This document shows, piece after piece, positions 47,802 to 57,652 of a stretch of 64,000 bases of DNA. The stretch spans positions 13,923 through 77,922 of the forward strand of contig JNSE01000001.1 of the NCBI GenBank assembly GCA_000754455.1, given 5' to 3'. Each line of letters opens with the position of its first letter. Position 1 is the stretch's first letter. The DNA is from an actinobacterium acAMD-2. Lineage in GTDB: Bacteria > Actinomycetota > Actinomycetes > UBA12327. The notes under the pieces were generated by a model that was not told the origin of the DNA, ran no database searches, and worked only from the letters and a program-made list of their open reading frames with translations. The position numbers and the translations under genes were made by a program.

Positions 47802-49030
47802 GTGTCGGATGTGACCTTGCAGTACCCCGGAGGCGAATTGCCTCTGGCCGAAGTTCCAGCCACCGTTGGCAACTCTGGCCTCGATGTTTCGCAGTTCCTC
47901 AAGGCGACCGATCACGTCACCCTTGACCATGGCTTCATGAACACCGCGTCCTGCGAGAGTTCAGTCACCTACATTGATGGTGATGCCGGAATCCTGCGCT
48001 ACCGCGGGTACCCCATTGAGCAACTTGCCGAGAAGTCATCCTTCTTGGAAGTGTCCTATCTGTTGATCTACGGCGAGCTCCCCACGACCGAGCAGCTTGC
48101 TGCGTTTGATTCCAGCATTCGCAGTCACACGATGTTGCAAGAAGGCTTGCGTTCCTTCTTTGATGGCTTCCCGCGTGATGCGCACCCCATGCCCGTGCTT
48201 TCCAGCGCCGTCAGTGCGCTGTCGACGTTCTACCAAGACAGCTTGGACCCCTTTGACAAGGAGCAGGTCGAGATCTCGACCATTCGTCTCTTGGCCAAGG
48301 TCCCCACGATCGCTGCTTACGCCTACAAGAAGAGCGTTGGTCAGCCGATGCTCTACCCAGACAACTCGCTGGGTTTGACCGAAAACTTCCTTCGTATGAC
48401 CTTCGGCGTTCCGGCTGAGGAATACATCGCCAACCCAGCAGTGGTTCGCGCTCTGGACCTGCTGTTCATCTTGCACGGTGACCACGAGCAGAACTGCTCC
48501 ACCTCAACCGTTCGCATGGTGGGTTCATCGCACGCCAACATGTTTGCTTCCGTTTCGGCCGGTGTTAACGCGCTCTTTGGACCGTTGCACGGTGGTGCCA
48601 ACCAGGCTGTTCTGGACATGCTCGAGAACATTCACGCTGCTGGTGGCGGGGTGAATACCTTTATCCGCCAGGTCAAGGATCGCGAAGACGGCGTCAAGCT
48701 CATGGGCTTTGGTCACCGCGTCTACAAGAACTACGACCCTCGCGCCACGATCATCAAGAAGGCGGCGGACGAAGTCCTCGAAGCGCTTAATGTGTCGGAC
48801 CCCTTGCTTGATATTGCTCGCCGCCTCGAAGAAGTGGCCTTGAATGACGAGTTCTTGCCATGGGCTTCCCGCCGCACATGTTCACCGTGCTGTTTGCCCT
48901 CGGACGCTTGCCCGGTTGGATTGCGCAATGGCGCGAGATGATCGAAGACCCGGACACCAAAATTGGCCGTCCTCGTCAGGTTTACATCGGTGCACCAGAG
49001 CGCAACTACATTGATTTGGGTGCTCGCTAA
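47802..49030 (+). pseudogene. gltA: citrate synthase (hexameric GltA type) disrupted by an internal ~58-bp deletion and frameshift that removes the catalytic Asp loop
   Basis: Frame 1 encodes GltA-like sequence up to ...[12 protein letters not shown] at about 48855. The conserved C-terminus [56 protein letters not shown] continues in another frame to the stop at 49028-49030. The segment equivalent to E. coli [22 protein letters not shown] is missing. Confidence 0.6.
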
Positions 49031-49057
49031 CCACAAGCACTGTGTGGAGTCGGATTC

Positions 49058-49612
49058 ATGGCTGCTGCTAATCCTGATCGTTCGTCGTTCTTCCCTGCCA
49101 TCGAAAAAAAGCACGGGCTGCCGATGGACTACTGGTTCGACCAGATGAAGCAGATCAGTGACTTGAAGTATGCGGAACAAATCGCCTTCTTGCGCGAAAA
49201 CCATGGCTTCTCACAAGCTCATGCCAATGCCTTGGTTTTGTATTCACGAGGCAATACCAGTTCCCAGCGCTTTGGAACCTTGGACGACTATCTCGAATCG
49301 GCTGATGCGGTGAAGTCAGCGACAGTGCGCAAGATTTTTAAGGCCATCCAGAGCAAGTTCCCCAAGTTGGAGCTGGTGATTGCCTGGAATCAACCGATGC
49401 TCAAGTCGGGCGAAAGTTACGTCTTTGGTCTTTCGGTGGCTAAGAACCACCTCTTGATTGCGCCATGGGGCGATCAAGTGCTGGCTCACTTTGAATCCAG
49501 GCTGGGTGACTACGAGGTCAATAAGAAGACCATCAAAGTTCCCGTGGACTGGAAGGTGGATGCCAAACTCCTCAACGACATGGTGAAATTCCGGCTCGAT
49601 CAGCTCAAGTAA
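49058..49612 (+). CDS. hypothetical cytoplasmic protein (DUF4287/DUF1801-like), lower GC
   Basis: 184-aa clean ORF that is Lys-rich and about 50% GC, against about 60% in the flanks. Confidence 0.5.
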   Translation: MAAANPDRSSFFPAIEKKHGLPMDYWFDQMKQISDLKYAEQIAFLRENHGFSQAHANALVLYSRGNTSSQRFGTLDDYLESADAVKSATVRKIFKAIQSKFPKLELVIAWNQPMLKSGESYVFGLSVAKNHLLIAPWGDQVLAHFESRLGDYEVNKKTIKVPVDWKVDAKLLNDMVKFRLDQLK

Positions 49613-49615
49613 CGA

Positions 49616-50344
49616 CTAACTCGCGGGGCACAGCGCCACGACGTAAGGCCGGTAGGACAGGTTCTCCAGGGGCGTGACCTGGGCGATGCCCCAGCCTTTG
49701 CCATCTCGAAAGATCAAATGAGATGAGGTCGGGTCCGCCAGGTAGCCCGGGCCCTTGGCGAAGGTGTACTTGCCCGGCGCGGGAAGTTTGCCCGCCATCA
49801 AGGTCAATGCTTCTGAGCGAGTAGCGCGCGCCTCGTAGACCTCGGCGGTCTTGAGCGTATTGACTGCGCACTTGAGTTTCTTGGTGGCGTTGACTTCGCG
49901 GTAGTAGCCATTGCGATTGACGATGTCCAGTGTTACTTCCTTGTCGAGTCCCGAGTTGGCCGTTTTGCCGCATCGCAGATTGACTTCGCCAGGAGGTAGC
50001 GCATAAATCAGTGACTTCTTCGAATTGGTGGGTTTGATCGTCCCGAGTGATTCCAAACCACCACCGTAGGGTCGAACGCGATACCCCAGTAAGCGCTTCT
50101 TGCCCGTGGTGTTGCGCACGACCAACCGGACACCAGTTTTGTCGGTGGCCACAATGGTGCGCGACAACGATGTGCCCTTCGGTCCGCACGTAATGCCCAC
50201 TGATTTCGGAGCCTTGGCAATGGCGGCCTTGGTCGGTTTGGTCGGTGGCTTTTCGCTGACGGTCGGGGTGGGTGCCGGGATGACCTGGGTGTTGCAGCCA
50301 AACAAGGTTGCGCCAATAACTACTGCGATGAGGAATTTCTTCAT
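49616..50344 (-). CDS. hypothetical lipoprotein (lipobox LFGC), Lys-rich secreted protein
   Basis: MKKFLIAVVIGATLFGC is a signal peptidase II-type signal. The overlapping 259-aa ORF in another frame is rejected as low-complexity His/Gln/Arg sequence. Confidence 0.6.
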   Translation of the reverse strand: MKKFLIAVVIGATLFGCNTQVIPAPTPTVSEKPPTKPTKAAIAKAPKSVGITCGPKGTSLSRTIVATDKTGVRLVVRNTTGKKRLLGYRVRPYGGGLESLGTIKPTNSKKSLIYALPPGEVNLRCGKTANSGLDKEVTLDIVNRNGYYREVNATKKLKCAVNTLKTAEVYEARATRSEALTLMAGKLPAPGKYTFAKGPGYLADPTSSHLIFRDGKGWGIAQVTPLENLSYRPYVVALCPAS

Positions 50345-50347
50345 GGC

Positions 50348-51280
50348 TTAGTTGCTGTGCAGTACAGAGTTCAGGCCACCCCACGTGCCGGTGCGTGGCA
50401 CTGCTTCGACGGTGCCGCTGGTGGAGTTGCGACGGAACAACAGAGAGTTGGCTTTGGACAATTCGACACCCTTGACCACTTGCCCGTCGGGGAGGGTGAC
50501 TTTGGTGCCGGCGGTGATGTAACAGCCTGCTTCAACCACGCAGTTGTCCCCCAAACTGATCCCGATGCCTGAGTTTGCACCCAACAAGCACTGCTTGCCG
50601 ACGCTGATGACTTCTGTGCCGCCACCGGACAGAGTCCCCATGATGGAAGCTCCGCCGCCTACGTCGGAGCCGTCCCCAACGACAACTCCGGCGGAGATGC
50701 GCCCTTCGACCATGGATGCACCGAGCGTGCCGGCGTTGAAGTTCACAAAGCCTTCGTGCATCACCGTGGTGCCCTCGGCCAAGTGCGCGCCTAGCCGAAC
50801 GCGATCTGCGTCAGCAATACGTACACCAGAAGGAACGACGTAGTCGACCATGCGAGGAAACTTGTCGACGCTGTTGACCGTGAGTTGCTCCTGAGCTGCA
50901 CGTACTCGAAGTCGGACTTCATCGAGTTGGTCGAGAGCAACCGGTCCAAGGTTCGTCCACGCCACGTTAGTCAGCAGACCGAAGACTCCAGTGAGGTTGA
51001 GGCCGTGGGGTTGCACGAGGCGGTGCGAGAGCAGGTGGAGACGCAAGTAAGCGTCGGCAGCATCAACTGGCTCAGCGCCCAAGTCTTCAATCACCGTGGT
51101 GATGACCGTGCTGGTGGTCCCTCGAATCGGGTCTGAGCCACTGGCGGCCTCAAGGGAGGCGAGGGCTGTGGGAGTGGTGCTCAGGACTGGAGAGGGGTAC
51201 CAGACATCAAGGAGTTGCCCGTTGGCGCCATAAGTCGCCACACCGATACCGCTAGCGCTGAGTCTCGAAGTTGTAGTCAC
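50348..51280 (-). CDS. dapD: 2,3,4,5-tetrahydropyridine-2,6-dicarboxylate N-succinyltransferase DapD (actinobacterial long form)
   Basis: Hexapeptide-repeat left-handed beta-helix region, and N-terminal similarity to Rv1201c. The start is set to the GTG at 51280 by analogy ([18 protein letters not shown]); the ORF track's upstream GTG at 51343 would overlap dapE. Confidence 0.8.
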   Translation of the reverse strand: MTTTSRLSASGIGVATYGANGQLLDVWYPSPVLSTTPTALASLEAASGSDPIRGTTSTVITTVIEDLGAEPVDAADAYLRLHLLSHRLVQPHGLNLTGVFGLLTNVAWTNLGPVALDQLDEVRLRVRAAQEQLTVNSVDKFPRMVDYVVPSGVRIADADRVRLGAHLAEGTTVMHEGFVNFNAGTLGASMVEGRISAGVVVGDGSDVGGGASIMGTLSGGGTEVISVGKQCLLGANSGIGISLGDNCVVEAGCYITAGTKVTLPDGQVVKGVELSKANSLLFRRNSTSGTVEAVPRTGTWGGLNSVLHSN

Positions 51281-51297
51281 CCGACTACCGTAGTCGT

Positions 51298-52368
51298 GTG
51301 AGCGATTTAGACCTGACATCGGACATCGTGGAGTTGACCACATCGTTGGTCAATATTCCCTCGGTCAGTCACCACGAGGCCGAATTGGCCGATGCGGTCG
51401 AACGGGCGCTGGCGCCCCTGGCGCACCTCGAGCTGACGCGTATCGGGGACAACATCATTGCGCGCACCACGCTGGGCCGGCCCGAGCGCGTGGTGATCGC
51501 TGGTCACCTAGACACCGTCCCGCCCGCAGACAACATGACTGCGCGGCTTGAGGGCGAAATGTTGTATGGCATCGGTGCCTGCGACATGAAGGGTGGTGTC
51601 GCGGTTGCGCTGGCCTTAGCAGCGCGGGCGGTCAATCCCAATCACGATGTGACATTTGTTTTTTATGCGGCTGAAGAAGTAGAAGATTCATTCAACGGCC
51701 TAGCTCAAGTGTTGCGCGAAGCCCCCGAGTTGTTGGCTGCGGACTTCGCGATCTTGATGGAGCCCAGTGATGCCGGTATTGAAGCCGGTTGCCAGGGATC
51801 AATGCGCGTAAACGTCACCACGCGAGGCAAGCGCGCACACAGTGCACGGTCATGGGTGGGCGACAACGCGATTCATCACAGTGCCCAGGTTCTGCAAACT
51901 TTGATTGACTACCAACCACGCACGGTCGATATTGACGGTCTGGGTTATCGCGAAGGACTCAGTGCCGTGCGCGTCAGTGGCGGTATTGCTGGCAACGTCA
52001 TTCCTGATGAATGCGTTGTCACGGTGAATTATCGCTATGCCCCCGATCGCTCGCCAGCTCAGGCCGAAGCCCATGTGCGCGAACTCTTTGCTGCCTATGA
52101 GGTTGAAGTCACCGACAATGCTCCGCCTGCGCTTCCGGGCCTCAACCGACCGGCGGCGAAGGCGTTCGTTGCCGCCGTAGGGGTGGAGCCCCGACCGAAG
52201 TTTGGCTGGACTGACGTGGCGCGGTTTTCGGCCATTGGTGTACCAGCGGTGAACTTTGGGCCCGGCGATCCGCTCTTGGCACACGCCTCGGATGAGCACG
52301 TGCCCGTAGCGCACCTGCGTTCCACCCTTGCTGCGTTAACCACGTGGCTGGGGATCGACGCCGTCTAA
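51298..52368 (+). CDS. dapE: succinyl-diaminopimelate desuccinylase DapE (M20 family)
   Basis: M20 metal-binding motifs ([16 protein letters not shown]), and an N-terminus that aligns with Rv1202. Confidence 0.85.
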   Translation: MSDLDLTSDIVELTTSLVNIPSVSHHEAELADAVERALAPLAHLELTRIGDNIIARTTLGRPERVVIAGHLDTVPPADNMTARLEGEMLYGIGACDMKGGVAVALALAARAVNPNHDVTFVFYAAEEVEDSFNGLAQVLREAPELLAADFAILMEPSDAGIEAGCQGSMRVNVTTRGKRAHSARSWVGDNAIHHSAQVLQTLIDYQPRTVDIDGLGYREGLSAVRVSGGIAGNVIPDECVVTVNYRYAPDRSPAQAEAHVRELFAAYEVEVTDNAPPALPGLNRPAAKAFVAAVGVEPRPKFGWTDVARFSAIGVPAVNFGPGDPLLAHASDEHVPVAHLRSTLAALTTWLGIDAV

Positions 52369-52377
52369 GGTGGGCTT

Positions 52378-53226
52378 ATGACGCCACCTGAATCACCCAT
52401 TAATCCGGCGGCCGGACCTAGTCACAAGTCCGGGGCGGTTGTCCGACGACGCGAGCGCATGCCTTCGTCCACGGCCGACTCGCGATTGTTGGATGAAAAG
52501 GGCAACGGCGAATGGATTCACACTGACCCGTGGCGCGTTCTTCGCATTCAAGCTGAGTTTGTTGAAGGTTTCGGCGCCTTGGCCGAACTCGGCCCGGCCA
52601 TCAGTGTGTTCGGCAGTGCTCGCACCCGCCGCGCAAGTGGTGACTACTCCATCGGGCTGGAAACTGGTCGCCAACTAGCCGAAGCCGGTTACGCAGTAAT
52701 CACGGGCGGCGGCCCTGGTGCCATGGAGGCTGTTAACGCCGGAGCCTGCCGAGCCGGTGGCGTGTCTGTTGGATTAGGAATTGAACTTCCCTTTGAGCAG
52801 GAGATGAACGACTGGGTCGATATCTCGATTCACTTCCGCTACTTCTTCGCGCGCAAGACCTGCTTTGTCAAATATGCGCAAGGTTTCATCATCTTGCCGG
52901 GGGGCGTGGGCACCCTAGACGAGCTCTTTGAAGCCTTTTGCTTAGTCCAAACCCACAAGATCACAGCCTTCCCGATTGTTTTGATCGGCCGGTTGTATTG
53001 GGAAGGTCTGATTGACTGGCTTCGCGAACGGATGATTGCCGATGGCATGGCCACCGAAGCAGATCTGGCCTTGTTGCAGGTCGTTGATACCCCTGAAGAA
53101 GCCGTAGCGATCATCGTTAATGCCCAGGCAGACAACACCAAGTTGCTCGCAGCCGAACGTGCTGCGCTTATTGATCGCATCAAGGCTGAAAGTGCCGCTG
53201 CCGAGATTGAGCCCCCGCAGCTGTGA
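52378..53226 (+). CDS. LOG family protein (cytokinin riboside 5'-monophosphate phosphoribohydrolase-like, long form with N-terminal extension)
   Basis: GGGPGAMEAVNAGA and PGGVGTLDELFE motifs. It follows dapE, as Rv1205 and Cg1261 do. Confidence 0.8.
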   Translation: MTPPESPINPAAGPSHKSGAVVRRRERMPSSTADSRLLDEKGNGEWIHTDPWRVLRIQAEFVEGFGALAELGPAISVFGSARTRRASGDYSIGLETGRQLAEAGYAVITGGGPGAMEAVNAGACRAGGVSVGLGIELPFEQEMNDWVDISIHFRYFFARKTCFVKYAQGFIILPGGVGTLDELFEAFCLVQTHKITAFPIVLIGRLYWEGLIDWLRERMIADGMATEADLALLQVVDTPEEAVAIIVNAQADNTKLLAAERAALIDRIKAESAAAEIEPPQL

Positions 53227-53819
53227 CGTCCGTTTGTGTGTTTTGTTCTGCCTCGCAAGACATTGACCCCGCGCACGTGGAATTGGCAACCCAGGTGGGT
53301 ACAGCATTGGGGCAGCGTGGCTGGTCTTTGGTATCCGGTGGTGGCGCAATCTCCATGATGGGTGCACTGGCTCGAGCGGCTCGTTCCCAAGGCGCCCACA
53401 CCACGGGAGTGATTCCGCAGGCATTGGTTCATGTAGAGATCACGGATCATGATGCAGACGATTTGGTCGTTACTGATGACATGCGATCGCGCAAGGCATT
53501 GATGGATGCGCGCGCTGATGCTTTCTTGGCATTGCCGGGTGGATTAGGAACACTCGAGGAGTTGCTTGAGATTTGGGTTGCCCGCACGTTAGGGATGCAC
53601 GACAAGCCCGTGGTGGTTCTCGATCCTGACGGGCTGTTTGATCCCTTGAAGGTCCAAGTCCAAACTTTTGTTGACCAAGGTTTCTTGCGTCAAAGCGCAG
53701 CAGATGCCTTGATCTGGACGCGTTCGGTGGAGCAGGCGATTGAAGCCATTGAATTCGGTTTGGGTCACCAAGCGCATTTGTCGCCGTCGGGCTACGAAGT
53801 CCTTGAAGATCAGCCCTAA
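53223..53819 (+). CDS. second LOG family protein (short form), tandem with the first
   Basis: SGGGAISMMGA and PGGLGTLEELLE motifs. Its start overlaps the upstream LOG gene stop by 4 nt. Confidence 0.8.
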   Translation: MTSVCVFCSASQDIDPAHVELATQVGTALGQRGWSLVSGGGAISMMGALARAARSQGAHTTGVIPQALVHVEITDHDADDLVVTDDMRSRKALMDARADAFLALPGGLGTLEELLEIWVARTLGMHDKPVVVLDPDGLFDPLKVQVQTFVDQGFLRQSAADALIWTRSVEQAIEAIEFGLGHQAHLSPSGYEVLEDQP

Positions 53820-53910
53820 CTTTGCGCTCAGACACACCAGTGCCCCGACCAAGCCTGCGGGGGACAGGTTCTTGATCGGGGCGCTGGGTGAATCGAGATG
53901 CGCCTAAGGG

Positions 53911-54633
53911 TTAGGCGGTGGTGTCGCTTGCTGGGTTAGTGCCGGATGAGTTTGCTGCTCCTGGGCTTGCTGGAGGAGCATCTGGTCCGTCGCCATCCAT
54001 CATTCCTGGTCCGCCCATTCCAGGTCCGCCCATTCCTGGACCGCCCTGGCCTTTGCCACCATCAGCCTTGTTCTCTTGACGGGTCGCACGTTCCTTTTCC
54101 GCAGCAGCTAGTCCTTCCTTGGTGAAGGCACGGACTCGCTCAGCTGTTGCGGTGTCGGAAGCGACGGTTCCCATCACCGTGACGGTGTCACCAACAGCAA
54201 CCTTGTCGATGGTGGCCTGCTCCTTGTCGCGACGAATCTTGGTGTCGGAGTTGATCGCCCACTCACCGACATAGTCATCGCTGCTCTTGAGCGTCAGAGA
54301 AGTGGCGCTCACTGCAGTGACTACACCAGTTTGTACTCGAACGTTCTTGACGACGCCGTCCTTGTCCTTCACCGTGACGTCACCATGGAGAACGGGGCCG
54401 TTGGGTCCCATACGACCAAAGACACCACCAGGACCACCGCGACCATCACGAGGACCCTTGCCTGCTTCCTGCGCGGCATCAGCCGGTGCAGTTGCACTGG
54501 GTGTTGATCCGGTGGACGGATCGGGAGTGGAGTTTGCAGCGAAAGCAAATCCGGTGAGTGCGGTCGCACCGATGGCGCCGGCAGCAACGAGCGTGGCAGC
54601 TTTCGCACTGCTAAACAGTGTTGGCTTGTTCAT
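53911..54633 (-). CDS. secreted hypothetical protein with C-terminal GPGMGGPGM glycine-rich repeats
   Basis: The ORF 53911-54867 was trimmed to the Met at 54633 (MNKPTLFSSAKAATLVAAGAIGATALTGFAFAA, a signal peptide) to avoid overlap with folP. Confidence 0.55.
   Translation of the reverse strand: MNKPTLFSSAKAATLVAAGAIGATALTGFAFAANSTPDPSTGSTPSATAPADAAQEAGKGPRDGRGGPGGVFGRMGPNGPVLHGDVTVKDKDGVVKNVRVQTGVVTAVSATSLTLKSSDDYVGEWAINSDTKIRRDKEQATIDKVAVGDTVTVMGTVASDTATAERVRAFTKEGLAAAEKERATRQENKADGGKGQGGPGMGGPGMGGPGMMDGDGPDAPPASPGAANSSGTNPASDTTA
54001..54045. repeat. three tandem 15-nt repeats cattccWggWccgcc encoding the (G)PGMG repeats
   Basis: Direct inspection of the sequence at 54001-54045. Confidence 0.7.
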
Positions 54634-54746
54634 GATTAACCACCTGAGGGGTTCGTTGGGTCGTGCTCTGATGACTAGATAGTGGGGCTGCCCTATTCGT
54701 AGTGTGTCAGGGAATTGTTCGGGGTGTGTAAAGCCTGAAATCAGCC

Positions 54747-55655
54747 TCAGGCAAGGCCTCTGCGGGCTACCGCAGGAGGACGTGAGCCGGCGATAGAGGC
54801 CACCATGTCCAAGGTCTCGCGGGTTTGAGCCACGTTGTGCACTCGAAAGACACGAGCCCCTAGCCATGCACTGACCGCTGTAGTGGCCAAAGTTCCTGTC
54901 AATCGCTCACCGACGGGGCGATCCAAGGTCTCGCCAACAAAGTCCTTGTTTGACAGTGAAACCAAGACCGGCCATCCGGTCTGGACCATGTCGTTGAGCT
55001 GGGCGGTGGCTTGCAGGGAATGTCGAGTGTTCTTTCCAAAATCATGTCCGGGGTCGATCAGGATGGCAGTGCGCGGGACTCCTAACCCTGTGGCCCGTTC
55101 GGCAAGCCCAACCGTGGTGTCGATGATGTCGCTCATGACGTCGTCATACGTGATGCGATGTGGGCGGGTGCGGGGTTGTTGACCGCCCGCATGCGTGCAC
55201 ACCAGCCCCACCTTGAACCGAGCAGCGACTTCCGCAAGTTGCGGATCGACCCCACCCCATGCGTCGTTGAGGATGTCGGCGCCTGCCTCGCAGACCTTCT
55301 CGCCCACTTCATGCCGCCAGGTGTCAACACTGATGATGATCGAATCGTGTTTCGCTCGCACTGCTTCAACAAAGTTGACCGTGCGTCGGATCTCTTCTTC
55401 CGCATCAACGAATTCACCAGGCCCTGCCTTGACTCCACCGATGTCAATGATGTCCGCACCTTCATCGATCGCGCGATCAACCGCGGCCATGGCCGCGTCA
55501 TCACTGAACGTGGCCCCACTGTCATAAAACGAATCCGGCGTGCGATTGACGATGGCCATGATGAGCAAGTCAGTGGACTCAAAAGTGGTGTTTCCTAGGG
55601 TCAGTGACACACACGGCTCCGCGTCTGTGAGTGGGTGGGCAATGGCACTACGCAC
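54747..55655 (-). CDS. folP: dihydropteroate synthase-like protein (FolP2 type)
   Basis: Pterin-binding TIM-barrel motifs (LIMAIVNRTPDSFYDSG, DIIDIGG). It occupies the position of Rv1207. Confidence 0.8.
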   Translation of the reverse strand: MRSAIAHPLTDAEPCVSLTLGNTTFESTDLLIMAIVNRTPDSFYDSGATFSDDAAMAAVDRAIDEGADIIDIGGVKAGPGEFVDAEEEIRRTVNFVEAVRAKHDSIIISVDTWRHEVGEKVCEAGADILNDAWGGVDPQLAEVAARFKVGLVCTHAGGQQPRTRPHRITYDDVMSDIIDTTVGLAERATGLGVPRTAILIDPGHDFGKNTRHSLQATAQLNDMVQTGWPVLVSLSNKDFVGETLDRPVGERLTGTLATTAVSAWLGARVFRVHNVAQTRETLDMVASIAGSRPPAVARRGLA

Positions 55656-55691
55656 TAGTGTGAAGCATCAGCGTTTCACGTAGGAGGCGAA

Positions 55692-56102
55692 GTGGCTATT
55701 GCACTGGTTGTGCTGGCGATGGCGATCGTGGCAGCAGCCGCCGCATTCGGTGCCAGTACTCGGGGGCGGATGAGCTCGGCGGATCCTGATGTGCCTCCTG
55801 TCGCTCTGCCAGAGGATCGGTGGACGATCGGCGCGGACTTAGATCGCACGCGATTTGGGGTTGGTCTGCGGGGATATCGCATGGGTCAGGTCGACGAGGT
55901 CCTTGATCGGGTTTCCCGTGACTTGGTTCAGCGCGACGACTACATTGCCGATCTCGCGGATGCCTTAACGCGTGCAGGGATTGCTGTCCCAGAGCGTCCT
56001 GCGCCCATGGTCATTGAAGAGGACCTGGCGGACAGTAATGACGAGGTTGACGCCTTGGACGAGGCGACCGTTGACGCGTCTGCTACTTCTGATCAGGACT
56101 AG
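55692..56102 (+). CDS. DivIVA domain-containing small membrane-anchored protein (Rv1209-like)
   Basis: An N-terminal TM helix, then the FGVGLRGYRMGQVDEVLDRV DivIVA motif, then an acidic tail. Confidence 0.65.
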   Translation: MAIALVVLAMAIVAAAAAFGASTRGRMSSADPDVPPVALPEDRWTIGADLDRTRFGVGLRGYRMGQVDEVLDRVSRDLVQRDDYIADLADALTRAGIAVPERPAPMVIEEDLADSNDEVDALDEATVDASATSDQD

Positions 56103-56110
56103 GACAGGTC

Positions 56111-56548
56111 ATGACCAATGTGACGGTTGACATCATCATCGACGCCCCCTGTGAGGCGGTCTGGGATGTAGTTTTTGACTGGACTCGACAAGGCGAATGG
56201 ATTCTGGGCACCAAAGTCAGTGTCGCCAGTGGCGACGGTGCCAGTCAGGGAAGCGTGATTGAGGCGTGGAGCGGGGTTGGCAAGGTCGGTTTTCTTGACA
56301 CGTTTGTCATTAGCGTCTGGGATCGCGCGCGTATCTGTGAAGTCGTGCATACCGGCAACGTGGTTGTGGGTACCGGCACGTTTGAGTTCTTTGAACTTCC
56401 CAATAACCGCACGCGATTTGTCTGGGCTGAAGATCTTGAGCTTCCACTAGGCAAACTCGGTCAACTTGGTTGGCCTATTGCCAAACCGTTCTTCAGTTTT
56501 GGCGTGAAGAAGTCGTTGGAAAAGCTAGCGCGCCTGGTGGAAAGCTAG
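56111..56548 (+). CDS. SRPBCC (polyketide cyclase/START-like) family protein
   Basis: 145 aa starting with the typical VTVDIIIDAPCEAVWDVVFDW pattern. Confidence 0.7.
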   Translation: MTNVTVDIIIDAPCEAVWDVVFDWTRQGEWILGTKVSVASGDGASQGSVIEAWSGVGKVGFLDTFVISVWDRARICEVVHTGNVVVGTGTFEFFELPNNRTRFVWAEDLELPLGKLGQLGWPIAKPFFSFGVKKSLEKLARLVES

Positions 56549-56551
56549 ACG

Positions 56552-57652
56552 TTAGGCGTAGGTGCGACGCAGTAGCTCGGCAGCTTGGCTCATCGCCGAG
56601 ATCTTGTCGAAGCACACATCGCGCGACAAGAACCACATCCCACAGTCTGAACCCAGTTCCAAACGGTCCGGTCCCACGACCTCAACGGCAGCTGACGCCA
56701 TGTCCACGATTTGTTGCACGGTTTCGACCGGCGCTTCGGTGTCCAGGTTCAGGACGCCCAAGATGACGGTCTTGTCGCCGGCGTTTTCGAGCAAGTCCGG
56801 GGTTTGTTGTGGCTGGGCGTATTCCAAGGAGATCGCATCGGCTGTGGTCTGGGACAGCAGTTTGATGGCCGCTGGATAGACCGGTGTGGCCCGCTTTTCA
56901 GCAATGTTCTTGCTGTATCCGTAACAGACGTGCAGGGCTTTGCGGGCCTTGATGCCCGCGAACGCGCGGTCGATAGCTTCGACAGCAAAACCTTCGAGTT
57001 GGCTGTGCCGGAAGTGCACCTCTGGCTCGTCCAACTGAATCAGGTCAATGCCGAGGGCATCAAGGGCGCGGAGTTCTTGGTTCAACGCATCGGCAACAGC
57101 AAAGGCGACCTTGTCAATGGAGCCGTAGTGCTCATCGACTAGGCGAAGCGCTAACGATGCGGGTCCAATCACGGTGACCTTGGACTTTGTGGTCTTGGTG
57201 GTGCTTTGCAGGAAGCGTGCAGCATCCACGACCAGGGGGCGCTCCCACGTGATGGGTCCGACCACGCGTGGCTGCCGAAACTCTGGCGGCGCGGTGGGCT
57301 TTTGGTTTTCATCAGAAGTCACTGCACGCTGCTTCATCGTGAGGTATTCCAAAACGTCGCCACTGAAGTTGGTGACCAGGCCCTGCTCGTCGGAGTCAAT
57401 GCCACCGAGCGCATAGAAGTGGCCAGAGAAAGTTTGGCGACGCTCTTCACCGTCGGTGGCGTAAGTGAGCCCAGCGCGCTCTTGATCAAAGACCGCCAAG
57501 CGCACGGCATCGTCTTGAGCAGTCTCGAGGAATTCAGGAGCTACGCGCCACCACACGCCTTCTTTGGCGTAGACCAGTTCGTGATCGGCAAGCCACTGGG
57601 GCTTGTAGTAACTACCGACGATTTGGGTGGCAAAGCGCTCATTTGTGGTCAT
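56552..57652 (-). CDS. cobalamin-independent methionine synthase catalytic-domain protein (short MetE-like, Zn-dependent methyltransferase)
   Basis: Zn ligand motifs (HVCYGYS, SDCGMW) and a MetE C-terminal-domain-like layout. Confidence 0.75.
   Translation of the reverse strand: MTTNERFATQIVGSYYKPQWLADHELVYAKEGVWWRVAPEFLETAQDDAVRLAVFDQERAGLTYATDGEERRQTFSGHFYALGGIDSDEQGLVTNFSGDVLEYLTMKQRAVTSDENQKPTAPPEFRQPRVVGPITWERPLVVDAARFLQSTTKTTKSKVTVIGPASLALRLVDEHYGSIDKVAFAVADALNQELRALDALGIDLIQLDEPEVHFRHSQLEGFAVEAIDRAFAGIKARKALHVCYGYSKNIAEKRATPVYPAAIKLLSQTTADAISLEYAQPQQTPDLLENAGDKTVILGVLNLDTEAPVETVQQIVDMASAAVEVVGPDRLELGSDCGMWFLSRDVCFDKISAMSQAAELLRRTYA

Noticed and set aside
49605-50384. 259-aa minus-strand ORF overlapping the lipoprotein gene in another frame
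   Set aside because: His/Gln/Arg-rich nonsense composition. The co-located frame with a lipobox signal peptide is far more protein-like.
53899-53917. Perfect 7-bp stem hairpin cgcctaaGGGttaggcg at the 3' end of the Gly-rich secreted protein gene
   Set aside because: It overlaps the stop codon and lacks a T-run. It might help terminate, but I did not annotate it as a terminator.
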